DNA from: Dehalococcoidia bacterium
GTDB taxonomy: Bacteria; Chloroflexota; Dehalococcoidia; Bin125
DNA length: 64,000 nucleotides
Reading direction: 5' to 3'
Assembly: GCA_963555985.3 (NCBI GenBank)
Contig: OY820591.1
Coordinates: forward strand, 896,001-960,000
Shown: piece after piece, positions 1-9,722 of the stretch
How the letters are laid out: the number at the start of each line of letters is the position of its first letter
Numbering within the stretch: the stretch's first letter is position 1
Notes under the pieces: model-generated
The model's input: only the letters and a program-made list of their open reading frames with translations
Database searches by the model: none
Told to the model about the DNA's origin: nothing
Made by a program: the position numbers and the translations under genes

Positions 1-15
1 GGGTAGGGCAGACCT

Positions 16-86
16 CCCTCTGTCCCCCGTTCGAGTCGGGGGCAGGCTACTTCGTGACATCTCCCCCCGCGGTGCAGGGGGAGAGG
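16..86. repeat. REP-like palindromic element, family A (CCCTCTGTC..CTTCGTGACATCTCCCCC..GGGGGAGA) with a nested hairpin insert
   Basis: Same core as the copies at 10182, 10441, 29137 and 33699; contains CCCCGTTCGAGTCGGGGGCAGGCT. Confidence 0.75.
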
Positions 87-109
87 AGACCGGTGCTGTT
101 CGGAGAGTT

Positions 110-1123
110 GTGCGGTTTCTGCTTATCTGCTTGATGTTTGCCATGCTCGGAGCGGCCTGTGGCGGCGGCTCGGAACCCGCTGAGCCTGAGCTTGTGCCCG
201 TGCCTGGATTGGTCGTGTTCACGCGCGGGGTTGATATCTGGATTCACGACGAGGACGGCGAACGGCTGCTGATCGAAGCGGCCGAAGACCAACAACTGCT
301 CAGTCCGGCGCTCGATCCGGAGGGACGCCGGATCGCCTTTGTGATCTTTCAGCTCACCAGCGGCGAGGGTTTTCAGGTCGGTGCGAGTCTCGCGCTCTAC
401 GACCCGGGGGGCGATGCGGCAAATCCGCTGAAGCTCTTGCTCCGCCACGAGCAGGCGGGCGAGTACCACTGGAATCCGCGCTGGTCGCCGGACGGCGAGG
501 CGCTGATCTACAGCCACGAAGCGCCTGACCTCGACATTCGTATCGAAATGCTCGATCTGAGCAGCGGACGCGCAACCGTACTGCGCGATCGCGCGCGCAG
601 CGGCGACCTCTCGCCGGACGGAGAGCGCCTGGCCTTCATCGCCGATCCCTACGGCGGCGATCCTCGGCTCGCAGTGCGCGAGCTCGGCACGGGTGAGGAG
701 ACTGTCCTGGATCCTGCCGGAGCGTGGGAGCCGCGCCCCTACCGGATTCCGCGCTGGACGCCCAACGGAGACGGGATCGTGTTCTCAGCGGGACAGGCGC
801 TGCCCACGATCTCGGCTGCGCCCATCCTTACCGGCGCGGGGAACGGCCCCGAGGACATCTGGCACGTTGATCTCGCCAGCGGCCAACTCACCCTGCTTGC
901 TGCTGTGGGCGAAGATCAGCCCGACTTCGCTATATCCAGCGACGGGCGTCACGTGCTGATCCTGGGCGCATTCGGCCTCTATCTCGCTGCGATCCCTCCG
1001 ACCGAGCCGCCCTACGCCTTCGCGCCGGGAGAGTTCCACGGCGGGATCGACTGGATCGGCGCTCTCTCCGAGGACGATGTGCAGCGAATCCGCGATTCGG
1101 TTCTGACGGGCGCATCGGAATGA
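110..1123 (+). CDS. TolB/PD40-type beta-propeller lipoprotein
   Basis: Lipobox LGAAC; repeated SPALDPEG, PRWSPDG, LSPDG, PRWTPNG and ISSDG propeller motifs. Confidence 0.8.
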   Translation: MRFLLICLMFAMLGAACGGGSEPAEPELVPVPGLVVFTRGVDIWIHDEDGERLLIEAAEDQQLLSPALDPEGRRIAFVIFQLTSGEGFQVGASLALYDPGGDAANPLKLLLRHEQAGEYHWNPRWSPDGEALIYSHEAPDLDIRIEMLDLSSGRATVLRDRARSGDLSPDGERLAFIADPYGGDPRLAVRELGTGEETVLDPAGAWEPRPYRIPRWTPNGDGIVFSAGQALPTISAAPILTGAGNGPEDIWHVDLASGQLTLLAAVGEDQPDFAISSDGRHVLILGAFGLYLAAIPPTEPPYAFAPGEFHGGIDWIGALSEDDVQRIRDSVLTGASE

Positions 1124-3351
1124 AGATCGCCCGCCTCTCGTTGCTGGCCCTTGCCGCAGTCGTTGCCGTTGCAGCGGCGCTGTCGCTGCCGGCACGCGCC
1201 GACGCGCACGCGCTGCTGGCGCGCTCCGATCCGCCGATCAACGCCGCTCTGCGCGAGTCGCCGCGTGAGATCACGCTGTTTATGACTGAGCCGCTGCAAC
1301 GCGACTACAGCAGTGTGACCGTGCTCGACAGCGCCGGTCAGCGCCGCGATATCGGCGGGACGGTGTTCTCCAAGGTCAATTCGACTCAGATGAGCATCGC
1401 CGTGCTGCGGCTCGAAGCAGGCGTTTACACCGTTGTCTGGCGGACGCTCTCGCAGATTGACGGTCACACCTGGAGCGGCTCCTATGTCTTCTCCGTGCTC
1501 AACGCCGACGGGAGCGCTCCGGCCGGGGGCGGTGTGGTGGTGGATCTCTCGCGTCCCGGGCCTCCCGTGGCGGCCGATGCGGCGGTCAAGGCGGTCGGTC
1601 TGGGAGCGCTGATCCTGTCTGTTGGGGCGGTCTTTGCCTCAGTTGTCCTCAGACCCGGAGCGGAACGACTGCTGTTGCCTGTGCTGAGCGTGTCGGCGCT
1701 GGTGGCACTCGCGGCAACCGGTTATGAGGCGGCGGCAGCGGCGCTGCGGCTGGGCGGATTGGGCTTCCTGGATGAGGTGCTGTTCGATACCCGCAACGGC
1801 CTCTGGTTACAGGTGCGCTGGGCGGTTCTGATCGCGATTGTGGCTGCGTTGACTGTGGGGGCGCGACGCTCTGAGCGTCTGTCGCGTGTGTCGCGCACGT
1901 TGGCGGTGTTGAGCGTGGCTTGGTTGGCTGCGACCGCTGCGATTAGCCACGGCGCGGCGCTCGATGCAGGCGGCATTTGGGGAGCGCTCTTCGATGCGAT
2001 CCATCTGGGCGCGGCGGCGCTCTGGATCGGGAGTCTGGCGTCTGTGCTGCTGATCTTGCGGCGCTGGCCCCAGGAGCGAGTCGCGGTCGTGCGGCGCTTT
2101 TCGGTTGCGGCTGCCGTTTCGGTACCCGTTCTCGCCGCGGCCGGATTGCTCAGCGCGCTAATCCAGATCCCGGCTGCACGCGGTCTGATCGAGACCGACT
2201 GGGGACTCGCCTTCCTGATCAAGCTCGCTGTCTTGCTCGCTCTGTTCAGCGCCGCCGCGATCAATGCGTTCCTGCTGCGTCCGCGCGATGCGGCCGCCGG
2301 TGGAGCCGACGCTGCGCTTGAGCGCCGCTTCACGCGCTTGATGCGTGCTGAAGTTCTGCTCGGATTGGCTGTGATCGCTGCGACTGCCGCGCTCACGCAG
2401 CTTCCGTCGCCTGCGTCGGTCTTGCCGGACACTGAACAGAAGGACAACAGCATCGTCGAAACGGTCGCGCGGGCCGATGTCGTCGCGCGGCTTGAGGTCT
2501 CGCCGAATCTGGTTGGCTTCAACGAGTGGCGGGTGCGGATCACGGACGCGAGCGGAATGGCGTTGGCGAATCCGGTCGAAGACCTGCGTTTGCGCTTTCG
2601 CTATGAAGATGAGTCGGTTGGGCCGGTGACCGTACCTGCGAACCGGATCAGCGAGGGAGAGTTTGAGCTCGAAGGCGCCTACTTCGGTCTGCCCGGGCGT
2701 TGGACGATCGAGCTCGAGATACGCCGCGCCGGCGGCGACGATCTGATCACCGCAGTGACGAGCGAGGTGGAATCGGGATACCAGACTGTCGCTCCGTTCG
2801 AGACCGCAACCCCCGGCGCGCTGGCGCTGCCCCTCACGCAGATGGATTGGAACGGAGTCGGCGCGCTCTGGGCTTTTGTAATTGGCGGTCTGGCCTGGAT
2901 CAATCGTCCTCATCTGCGCGCCCTCTTTGGCAGTCGCGGCGGAGACGGAGCGTTCGTGGCCGGACTGCTGGGCGTGATTGTCGGAGTGGTGCTCCTGACC
3001 GGTCTGCATGTGGAGCCGGGGCGCACGCTCGCTAATCCGGTCGCGCTGACGGACGAATCGGTCGCACGGGGCAGTGTGTTGTTTACCACACACTGCGCCG
3101 CTTGCCACGGCGATACCGGAGCCGGGGACGGACCACTCGCGGAGACCTTGCCCGCGCCGCCCGCCAACTTCACCGTGCATGTGCCGTTTCATCCCGACGG
3201 GGTGCTCTACGCCTGGATTTCGGATGGGATTCGGGGGACCGGAATGCCCGCTTGGGCGTCGCAGTTGTCGGAGCAGGAGCGCTGGGATTTAGTCAACTAT
3301 CTCCGCCGCCACTTTGATCCCGCCGCGCTGCGCTCTAAGGCGTCTAATTGA
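1120..3351 (+). CDS. CopC-CopD copper resistance fusion with Ig-like (YtkA-type) and C-terminal cytochrome c domains
   Basis: AHALLARSDP and DGH CopC motifs, multi-TM CopD region, CAACH heme motif with downstream GMPAW; ATGA overlap with upstream gene. Confidence 0.85.
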   Translation: MKIARLSLLALAAVVAVAAALSLPARADAHALLARSDPPINAALRESPREITLFMTEPLQRDYSSVTVLDSAGQRRDIGGTVFSKVNSTQMSIAVLRLEAGVYTVVWRTLSQIDGHTWSGSYVFSVLNADGSAPAGGGVVVDLSRPGPPVAADAAVKAVGLGALILSVGAVFASVVLRPGAERLLLPVLSVSALVALAATGYEAAAAALRLGGLGFLDEVLFDTRNGLWLQVRWAVLIAIVAALTVGARRSERLSRVSRTLAVLSVAWLAATAAISHGAALDAGGIWGALFDAIHLGAAALWIGSLASVLLILRRWPQERVAVVRRFSVAAAVSVPVLAAAGLLSALIQIPAARGLIETDWGLAFLIKLAVLLALFSAAAINAFLLRPRDAAAGGADAALERRFTRLMRAEVLLGLAVIAATAALTQLPSPASVLPDTEQKDNSIVETVARADVVARLEVSPNLVGFNEWRVRITDASGMALANPVEDLRLRFRYEDESVGPVTVPANRISEGEFELEGAYFGLPGRWTIELEIRRAGGDDLITAVTSEVESGYQTVAPFETATPGALALPLTQMDWNGVGALWAFVIGGLAWINRPHLRALFGSRGGDGAFVAGLLGVIVGVVLLTGLHVEPGRTLANPVALTDESVARGSVLFTTHCAACHGDTGAGDGPLAETLPAPPANFTVHVPFHPDGVLYAWISDGIRGTGMPAWASQLSEQERWDLVNYLRRHFDPAALRSKASN

Positions 3352-3399
3352 TATGCTCAACACAAGCAAGAGTGCGCCCGCCGCGCAAGGAGAATCAGC

Positions 3400-4434
3400 A
3401 TGGTCACCTCAATCGAACACCCGGGACTGAACCTCGATTGGCTCAACCTGGAAACGGACGACGAGTTCGAGATCAAGCCCGGACGCAAGGGCGTCACGCT
3501 GGCCACGATCAACCAGCGCATGGCCTCAGCCGACGGCCATGACGAGGCCGACGCCCGCTCCTTCGCCCCGCGCGGGATCGAAGCGGATCCGCGCAGCAGC
3601 GCTCACGCCCGCCAGTACCGCGACAAGGGTGATGTCTGGTCCGAGTCGGCGATGCTGCTCTACGAAGAGGCCTTGCAGCGCCAGTGGTCCTCGGCCCGCG
3701 ACATCCCCTGGGAGACGATCGGCGAGCTGCCCGACGACATCGAAAAGGCGATGTGCACGCTCTGCACCTTCCTCACCCAGGTCGAATTCATCGCCGGCGA
3801 TGTGCCTGGACGTTTTCTTGAGACCGTCCACCCCGATTTCTTCGAGTCGCAGCTTTTCCTCGGCACGCAACTGATGGACGAAGCGCGCCACCTTGACGTG
3901 TTCCGCAAGCGCGTGTTGATGAACGGCGGCGGGATGTCGCCGGCCGGTCTGGGCGCGGTGGGTCTGCTCGCGCTGGACGACTTCACCGAGATGACCGCGA
4001 TCCTGCATCTCTTCGCCGAGGGTCTGGTGCAGTCGCTCTTCCGCATGGGTGAGTTGATTGGCCAGAACGAAGCCGAGAAGCGAATGTTTCGTCTGTCAGC
4101 GCAGGACGAGAGCCGCCACCTCGCGTTTGGTGTGACGCACACCAAGTACACCGTCGAGACCCAGCCCTGGCGCAAGGAAGAACTGCACCACTACCTCGAT
4201 GTCAACGAGCGCGTGCAGAACACCCAGGCCGGTCTGACCACCAATCCGATTACGGGTGAGGCGCTGGCGGTGCTGGCGGGAGGCGGGCTCGAGCATCTCG
4301 ATGAGGGTTACAACCTGCTCATGCTGATGCGCAAGAAGCAGATCAACGAGTACTACCACCGCCTCCAGGTGGTCGGTCTCGGCGATCGGCTCGAGCGCAT
4401 GGACCCGGAGATGCGAGAGCTGATTACGGTCTAG
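3400..4434 (+). CDS. Ferritin-like diiron protein with intact ligand set
   Basis: TQVE...DEARH...AEG...DESRH pattern; AAGGAG RBS. Confidence 0.8.
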   Translation: MVTSIEHPGLNLDWLNLETDDEFEIKPGRKGVTLATINQRMASADGHDEADARSFAPRGIEADPRSSAHARQYRDKGDVWSESAMLLYEEALQRQWSSARDIPWETIGELPDDIEKAMCTLCTFLTQVEFIAGDVPGRFLETVHPDFFESQLFLGTQLMDEARHLDVFRKRVLMNGGGMSPAGLGAVGLLALDDFTEMTAILHLFAEGLVQSLFRMGELIGQNEAEKRMFRLSAQDESRHLAFGVTHTKYTVETQPWRKEELHHYLDVNERVQNTQAGLTTNPITGEALAVLAGGGLEHLDEGYNLLMLMRKKQINEYYHRLQVVGLGDRLERMDPEMRELITV

Positions 4435-4449
4435 GCGGTCGCAAGGGGC

Positions 4450-4524
4450 CGAACTCGTCAGCACTCGTCCGTACCTATCGGATACAGCCGAACAGACTCG
4501 AACGAATCCGAACGGAACCGAACA
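4450..4524 (+). repeat. Degenerate 10-bp-period CGAAC direct-repeat array
   Basis: CGAAC at 4450, 4489, 4499, 4509 and 4519 with variants in between. Confidence 0.6.
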
Positions 4525-4563
4525 CCTGGAGTCGCCGTTCTCCAGAGAAAGACGGGAAACACG

Positions 4564-5841
4564 ATGGCCCAACTCTCGCCCGCGCTGAAAATGCGCGCTC
4601 AGGTCCGCGGTTGGTCCGAAGACCTGATCATGCGCGCCGAAGCCTCGAACGCGAGCGCCCGCCAGATCGAGAACGTTCTTAACGTCTCGATCGAGCCCGA
4701 GCGCGTCGCCAAGTGGCTTGATTTCGTCGAGAACAACCCCGATCACCCCTTCGCCGGGGCACAGTTGATCATGCTCCAGCCCGGCGGTGAGACCGGTCTG
4801 AAGCCGACGCCCTCCGAAGACGGGATGCGACTCTCCGACGTCGATATCGGCTCTTACGGCATCGTGCCCGAGATCTGGAAATACCGCAACGACCTCCCGC
4901 GCGGCACCCGTCCCGTGCCCGGTCTCTACATGCCCGCCGGCTACGCGATCTACGACCGCACCGAAGTCTGGGCCGAAGGCGTGGGCGACCTCTACGAAGA
5001 CGCGATCCGCGACCGCTGGATCCCGGCCAGCGACCTCGACTGGGAGAACCGCGAGGAACTGGCTCCCGAAGTCGAACGAGCGACGGGACAGCTCTGCGCG
5101 ATCTACTCCACCTACGGCATCACCGAGCAGAAGGTGATCTCCAAGTGGCTCGAAGAGATCTCCTACGGCTTCCACGAGGTCAAGCTCTTCTTGGCCACTC
5201 AGGTCTACGACGCCGGACGCAAGGTCGAGTCGCTGCGCAAGCGCGCGCTCGCCGGCGGCGGCGTGATCGGCAAAGCGCCCCTGGGAGATGTCTGCGAGTC
5301 CTGGTACAACGCGCTCACGTTCACCGACATGATCGTGGCGCTCAATGTGGTCTACAAGTCCTACGAGCTGACCGCCTTCGAGATGGCCGGCGAGTGGGCC
5401 CGCTCCGACTTCGACCGTGATCTCTTCGCCCGGCTCGCCGCCGACAGCAAGCGCCACCTCGAATACGGCCTCAAGCACCTCGAGTGGTACAACCGCTACG
5501 CCGACCGCGCTGAAGAGGAGATCGGCATCTTCCTGGCCAAGGCCGAGGGCGGCCTCGCCAGCGAGTTGGCGCAGTCGCCGCTCGAACGCGAAGCGCTGAC
5601 CGTGCTCTACGCCGACGGCGTGGAGCGCCTGGACGCCGGCATCGAAGGCCTGCGCAAGCTGCGCGAGCAGCAGTACCGCGACTACCTCACCCGCCTCGCC
5701 CAAGCCGGCGTCAACCGCGTCGGCGAAGCGATCGGCATCCTCGGCTTGACCACCCAGGATCCACTGCTCTTGGCGCTGAACCCCGATGCGTTAGTCGAGG
5801 GCGTCGCCACCGGCGGCAGCGAGATGATCCGCGACAACTAA
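4564..5841 (+). CDS. Ferritin-like paralog with degenerate iron ligands
   Basis: Aligns by eye with the upstream gene (VW..LYE.A...W....D..W; E..LFL.TQ..D..R....RKR) but has DAGRK and DSKRH in place of DEARH and DESRH. Confidence 0.75.
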   Translation: MAQLSPALKMRAQVRGWSEDLIMRAEASNASARQIENVLNVSIEPERVAKWLDFVENNPDHPFAGAQLIMLQPGGETGLKPTPSEDGMRLSDVDIGSYGIVPEIWKYRNDLPRGTRPVPGLYMPAGYAIYDRTEVWAEGVGDLYEDAIRDRWIPASDLDWENREELAPEVERATGQLCAIYSTYGITEQKVISKWLEEISYGFHEVKLFLATQVYDAGRKVESLRKRALAGGGVIGKAPLGDVCESWYNALTFTDMIVALNVVYKSYELTAFEMAGEWARSDFDRDLFARLAADSKRHLEYGLKHLEWYNRYADRAEEEIGIFLAKAEGGLASELAQSPLEREALTVLYADGVERLDAGIEGLRKLREQQYRDYLTRLAQAGVNRVGEAIGILGLTTQDPLLLALNPDALVEGVATGGSEMIRDN

Positions 5842-5895
5842 CGCGCTGGCGCGCAGTTCGCTTCGGCGGCTGGCGGCGGCCCGGATCAGGCTGCG

Positions 5896-6681
5896 ATGAG
5901 CATTGACCTGAACTACGACCTGGACGGGCCGGCCGGCGCGCCCGTTGTGCTCTTCGTGCACGGCATCCTCACCTGCCGCGCCCACTGGCTCCTGAACCTG
6001 TCCGCCTTCCAGGAGCGCTATCGCACAGTCGTGGTCGAGCTTTTGGGTCACGGCCGCTCTCCCGCTCCCGAAGACCCTGCGCTCTATCACCCCGACCGCT
6101 ACGCGGAGCGCTTCTCCACCCTGCGCAAGTCGCTCGGCGTGGAGCGCTGGTTCGTCGTGGGTCAGTCGCTCGGCGCCGCGCTCACGCTCAACTATGCGAT
6201 GGCGCAGCCGGACGAGGTGATCGCGCATGTTGTCACCAACTCGCATTCGGCATTTGGCGATCCCAAGCGGATCGGCAATCCCAAGGCGGCGCGGGAACGC
6301 GCCCAGCAGATGATCGAGGGCGGGATCGAGGCGGTGATGCAGCATCCGCTCAATCCGGGCCGCGCCCGCGCCTTTTCCTCCGAACAGCGCGAGCAGTTCG
6401 CCGCCGATATGCGGCGCAGCGCTCCTGCCGGCATCGCTCGGACGATGATGCACACCTCTCCTTACACGCCCCTGCGCGAGCGCCTGCCCCGGAATCCGGT
6501 ACCGACGCTGCTCGTCTCCGGCGATCGTGAAACCGCCTTCGACCCAGCCCGCGAGTGGGTCGCAGCACACGCCGCCAACTTCCGCATTGAGCGCGTCTCA
6601 GCCACCCACGCCGTCAATATCTCCGCCGCCGCCGACTTCAACCGGATCGCTCTAGCCTTCTTTGCCGAGCACACCCGCTAG
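5896..6681 (+). CDS. Alpha/beta hydrolase (MenH-like)
   Basis: FVHG, GHGRS and GQSLG nucleophile elbow; C-terminal His. Confidence 0.85.
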   Translation: MSIDLNYDLDGPAGAPVVLFVHGILTCRAHWLLNLSAFQERYRTVVVELLGHGRSPAPEDPALYHPDRYAERFSTLRKSLGVERWFVVGQSLGAALTLNYAMAQPDEVIAHVVTNSHSAFGDPKRIGNPKAARERAQQMIEGGIEAVMQHPLNPGRARAFSSEQREQFAADMRRSAPAGIARTMMHTSPYTPLRERLPRNPVPTLLVSGDRETAFDPAREWVAAHAANFRIERVSATHAVNISAAADFNRIALAFFAEHTR

Positions 6682-6720
6682 AGTCCACTAGCAGCCGGCA
6701 ACAGCGAGCGGGAGCAGCGG

Positions 6721-8643
6721 ATGGCAGAGGAAATCAGTTTCCTGCCGCTGCTGCTGATTGCAGCCCTGGCCGTCGCCGTGCCCTTCGTCAGCTATCGGCT
6801 GACCGGCGGGATTGTGCCGGCGGTGGTGGGCGAAGTGGTGATCGGCATCGTCTTCGGCGAGCCGGTGCTGGGCATTCTCGGTCATAGCGAATGGCTCGAC
6901 TTTCTCGCTCTCTTCGGCTTTGCCTACCTGATGTTCTTGTCCGGCCTCGAAATCAACCTCCACGTGCTCACGACCTCGCCTGGTCCGCGCTGGTATGTGC
7001 CCAGCGTCGCCTTGCGCCACCCGCTGATCTCCGGCCTGCTGTTCATGGGTTTGACGGTGGGGGCCACGTACCTCGGCCTGCGCGTGTTGTGGGAGATCGA
7101 ATTCATCCATCTCTCCCACAAGCCGATGCTGCTCTTCATCTTCATCGCCACCTCGGTGGGCGTGCTCGTGCCGGTCCTGAAAGATCGTCCCGATCTTGGC
7201 GCGATGGCGCAATCGGTGCTGGTCGGAGGATTCCTGGTCGAATTCGTCGCGATCGTTGGCGTCGGCGTGGTCGCCGCGCTCGATCGCACTGGCGTGGGTT
7301 GGGAAATGGGGCTGCTGGCCGCGATGCCCGTCGCGCTGGCTCTCTTGGTCTGGGCGGCCAGGAGCGGCGGCGTGCGCTTTCCGATCATCGGCCGCACCTT
7401 GAATGAATTGGCCGACACCTCGGCCCAGCTCAAGATTCGGGCTGCTCTGGTGGTGTTGATCGCCTTTGTCGCGCTCTCCGAGCTGGTCGGTACCGAGTTG
7501 GTGCTCGGCGCGTTCCTCGCCGGGCTCGCCGCGACGGTGATCTCTCCGCAGCACGGTTCGGCCGTGCGCGTCCGCCTGGACGCGCTCGGCTACGGCTTCT
7601 TCGTGCCCATTTTCTTCATCCACGCCGGCGCGACGCTCGATTTCGGGGTCGTTTTCCAGTCCTTCGACGCCTTCATCATCGCCCCGATTTTCTTGCTGAT
7701 GGCTTTCCTGATCAAACTCGTCCCTGCGCTGCTCACGCTTGCGCCCGCGCATGGTCTGCGTAACGGACTCAGCGGAGGCGCGTTGCTCAGCGCCAACCTG
7801 AGTCTTGTGATTGCCGCGGGCGCGATCGCCGAGGAGCTTGGCATCATCGACGAGGCGCTGTTCGGCGCGATGATCCTGATGGCGTTGTGCTCGACCGTGC
7901 TCGCACCGCTGCTGTTCGGCATCCTCGCCCGCCGCGCACGCGGCGAAAGCGGAGGCTTGGTGATGCTGATTGGGGGCGGTGAAGTCACCCACGTGCTGGC
8001 GGCGCGATTGGCTGCTGCGGGGCGGGTGGTCTCGGTGCTGATGCCGCGCGATGAGGATCCGCCGGAATGGCGCGAGCTTTCGATCTTGCGGATCCCCGGC
8101 GACCCGCTGGACGAGTGGCCGCAACGGGTTGCCGGGCTGCGGGAGGCGGAGGTCGCCGTGCTGACGGAGTGGACCTCGATGTCGCAGCTGGAGGCGATCG
8201 CGGAGAGTCTGCGTCAACGCCGGCATGATTTGCGGATCGTGACTTGGCTGAACGAACCGAGCGAGAAGCTGTCGCGGCTTGGGGTGGAGATGCATCTGTC
8301 TTCCGATGCGACGGCGCGGGCGCTGGAAAGCGCCGTGATGCGGCCCGGTTTGTATCGGGCGATGGCGAACCCGGAGTCCGGCGTGGTTGAGGTGCAGATG
8401 CGCAACGGCACCATTCATGGACGGACGCTGAAGGATTTGTCCTTCGCGGGCGGCGTGCGTGTGCTGGTGGTGGTTCGCGGGGGCGAGGCGTTCGTGGCTG
8501 GCGCCGACACCCTGCTCTTGACCGGAGACAGCGTGACGCTGGGCGGGGATCCGAGCCAGGTGGCGGAGGTCGCGCGAATGCTGATGGACCCGGGCGAGCG
8601 CCATCCGCTACTGCCGCCGGTGGTCGGTGGCCGGCACGACTAA
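6721..8643 (+). CDS. Cation:proton antiporter (CPA2) with RCK/TrkA-N and TrkA-C domains
   Basis: Many TM segments, FLSGLEI and GFFVPIFFI motifs, C-terminal TrkA-C-like LLLTGDSVTLGG. Confidence 0.85.
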   Translation: MAEEISFLPLLLIAALAVAVPFVSYRLTGGIVPAVVGEVVIGIVFGEPVLGILGHSEWLDFLALFGFAYLMFLSGLEINLHVLTTSPGPRWYVPSVALRHPLISGLLFMGLTVGATYLGLRVLWEIEFIHLSHKPMLLFIFIATSVGVLVPVLKDRPDLGAMAQSVLVGGFLVEFVAIVGVGVVAALDRTGVGWEMGLLAAMPVALALLVWAARSGGVRFPIIGRTLNELADTSAQLKIRAALVVLIAFVALSELVGTELVLGAFLAGLAATVISPQHGSAVRVRLDALGYGFFVPIFFIHAGATLDFGVVFQSFDAFIIAPIFLLMAFLIKLVPALLTLAPAHGLRNGLSGGALLSANLSLVIAAGAIAEELGIIDEALFGAMILMALCSTVLAPLLFGILARRARGESGGLVMLIGGGEVTHVLAARLAAAGRVVSVLMPRDEDPPEWRELSILRIPGDPLDEWPQRVAGLREAEVAVLTEWTSMSQLEAIAESLRQRRHDLRIVTWLNEPSEKLSRLGVEMHLSSDATARALESAVMRPGLYRAMANPESGVVEVQMRNGTIHGRTLKDLSFAGGVRVLVVVRGGEAFVAGADTLLLTGDSVTLGGDPSQVAEVARMLMDPGERHPLLPPVVGGRHD

Positions 8644-9482
8644 GGGGAAGCGGTCGCGGAGATGCGTTCTGCACCGATGCCGGCGAGGTGTCCGAGGTAG
8701 ATCGGGACGAGCGGGAGCACGCAGGGCGAGATGAAGCTGACGAAGCCGCCGGCGAAGGCGATTGCGGCGCTGCCGAGGTTGAGGTCGAGCATCTCGGTGC
8801 TCGAACCGTCGCCGCCGGCCAGGACTTCGACGCCGAGACTGCCGAGCACATCGTTGAGGACGATCACACGATCGAGCGCGATCAGCATTCCGACGAAGAC
8901 CAGCAGCACTCCCGAGACAATGCCGACGAGGGGCATCCAGCGGTTCATTTTGCGCAGGAGCTGGGTCGATTCGCCCAGCGCAGCGCCCACGAGCAGGAAG
9001 GGGATACCGAGTCCAGCGGCGTAGCAGACGAGCAGGATCACGGCTTGGAGGAAGGAGGCGGAGTCGAGCGCGAGGACGAGGATGCCGGCGAGGATGGGGC
9101 CGACGCAGGGTGTCCAGCCGATTGAGAAGGCGACGCCGACGACGGCGGAACGGCCGTAGTCAGCGGCGGCGCGGGCGCGGGACGGCTGCGCGGACTTGGC
9201 CGCCTCCGGGCCGCCTGCGGGTGCGCTGACCTGGAAGCTGCGGTAGAGGAAGGGGATAGTGATCACTTCGGCGAGGTGGAGGCCGAGGATGACCAACATC
9301 GCTCCGGCGATGCGCTGGAACCAGACCAGTTCGTTCTGAAAGGCGGAACCGAGCGCTCCCAGGAGCGCGCCCAGCGCGACGAAGACGACGCTGAAGCCAA
9401 GCACAAACGCAGCGGCGTGGAAGAAGACGACGCGCCGGGCCGTTCCTTTGGTTTCGCTGACTGCGCCGGTTGCGAGTGTCAT
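8640..9482 (-). CDS. ccdA: Cytochrome c biogenesis protein CcdA, apparently circularly permuted
   Basis: GWTPCVGPIL is central while SFISPCVLPLVP lies at the C-terminus. Confidence 0.85.
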   Translation of the reverse strand: MTLATGAVSETKGTARRVVFFHAAAFVLGFSVVFVALGALLGALGSAFQNELVWFQRIAGAMLVILGLHLAEVITIPFLYRSFQVSAPAGGPEAAKSAQPSRARAAADYGRSAVVGVAFSIGWTPCVGPILAGILVLALDSASFLQAVILLVCYAAGLGIPFLLVGAALGESTQLLRKMNRWMPLVGIVSGVLLVFVGMLIALDRVIVLNDVLGSLGVEVLAGGDGSSTEMLDLNLGSAAIAFAGGFVSFISPCVLPLVPIYLGHLAGIGAERISATASP

Positions 9483-9491
9483 GGGGGCAGC

Positions 9492-9722
9492 TTAGCTCGT
9501 TGGCCGGTTTCTGAGCCTTGTGCCCTTGCCGCCGCCCATGGCCCCGCCGTAGCCGAGCAGGTGGAGGCGGTCCGCCTGCTTGGAGGCGGATTTCGTGGGC
9601 ACGGCGGAGAATGCCCGGTAGAGCTCGCGTTGCCGATCGGTCGGAAAAAAACGGCGGTCTTGGTGGAGGAGGCGAAAGAGCTCCTCCGTCCGCCCGGCTG
9701 GGGTATCACAAGGGGTCTGCAT
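9492..9722 (-). pseudogene. Terminase large subunit N-terminal stub
   Basis: FFPTDRQ Q-motif-like segment and LLGYGGAMGGGK Walker A, then a stop after 10 aa. Confidence 0.6.

Noticed and set aside
4096-8604. Long antisense ORFs (4096-5703, 6688-8604; also 33808-35631, 38359-39996, 47001-48602)
   Set aside because: Shadow frames of well-supported genes in high-GC DNA, with no recognisable motifs
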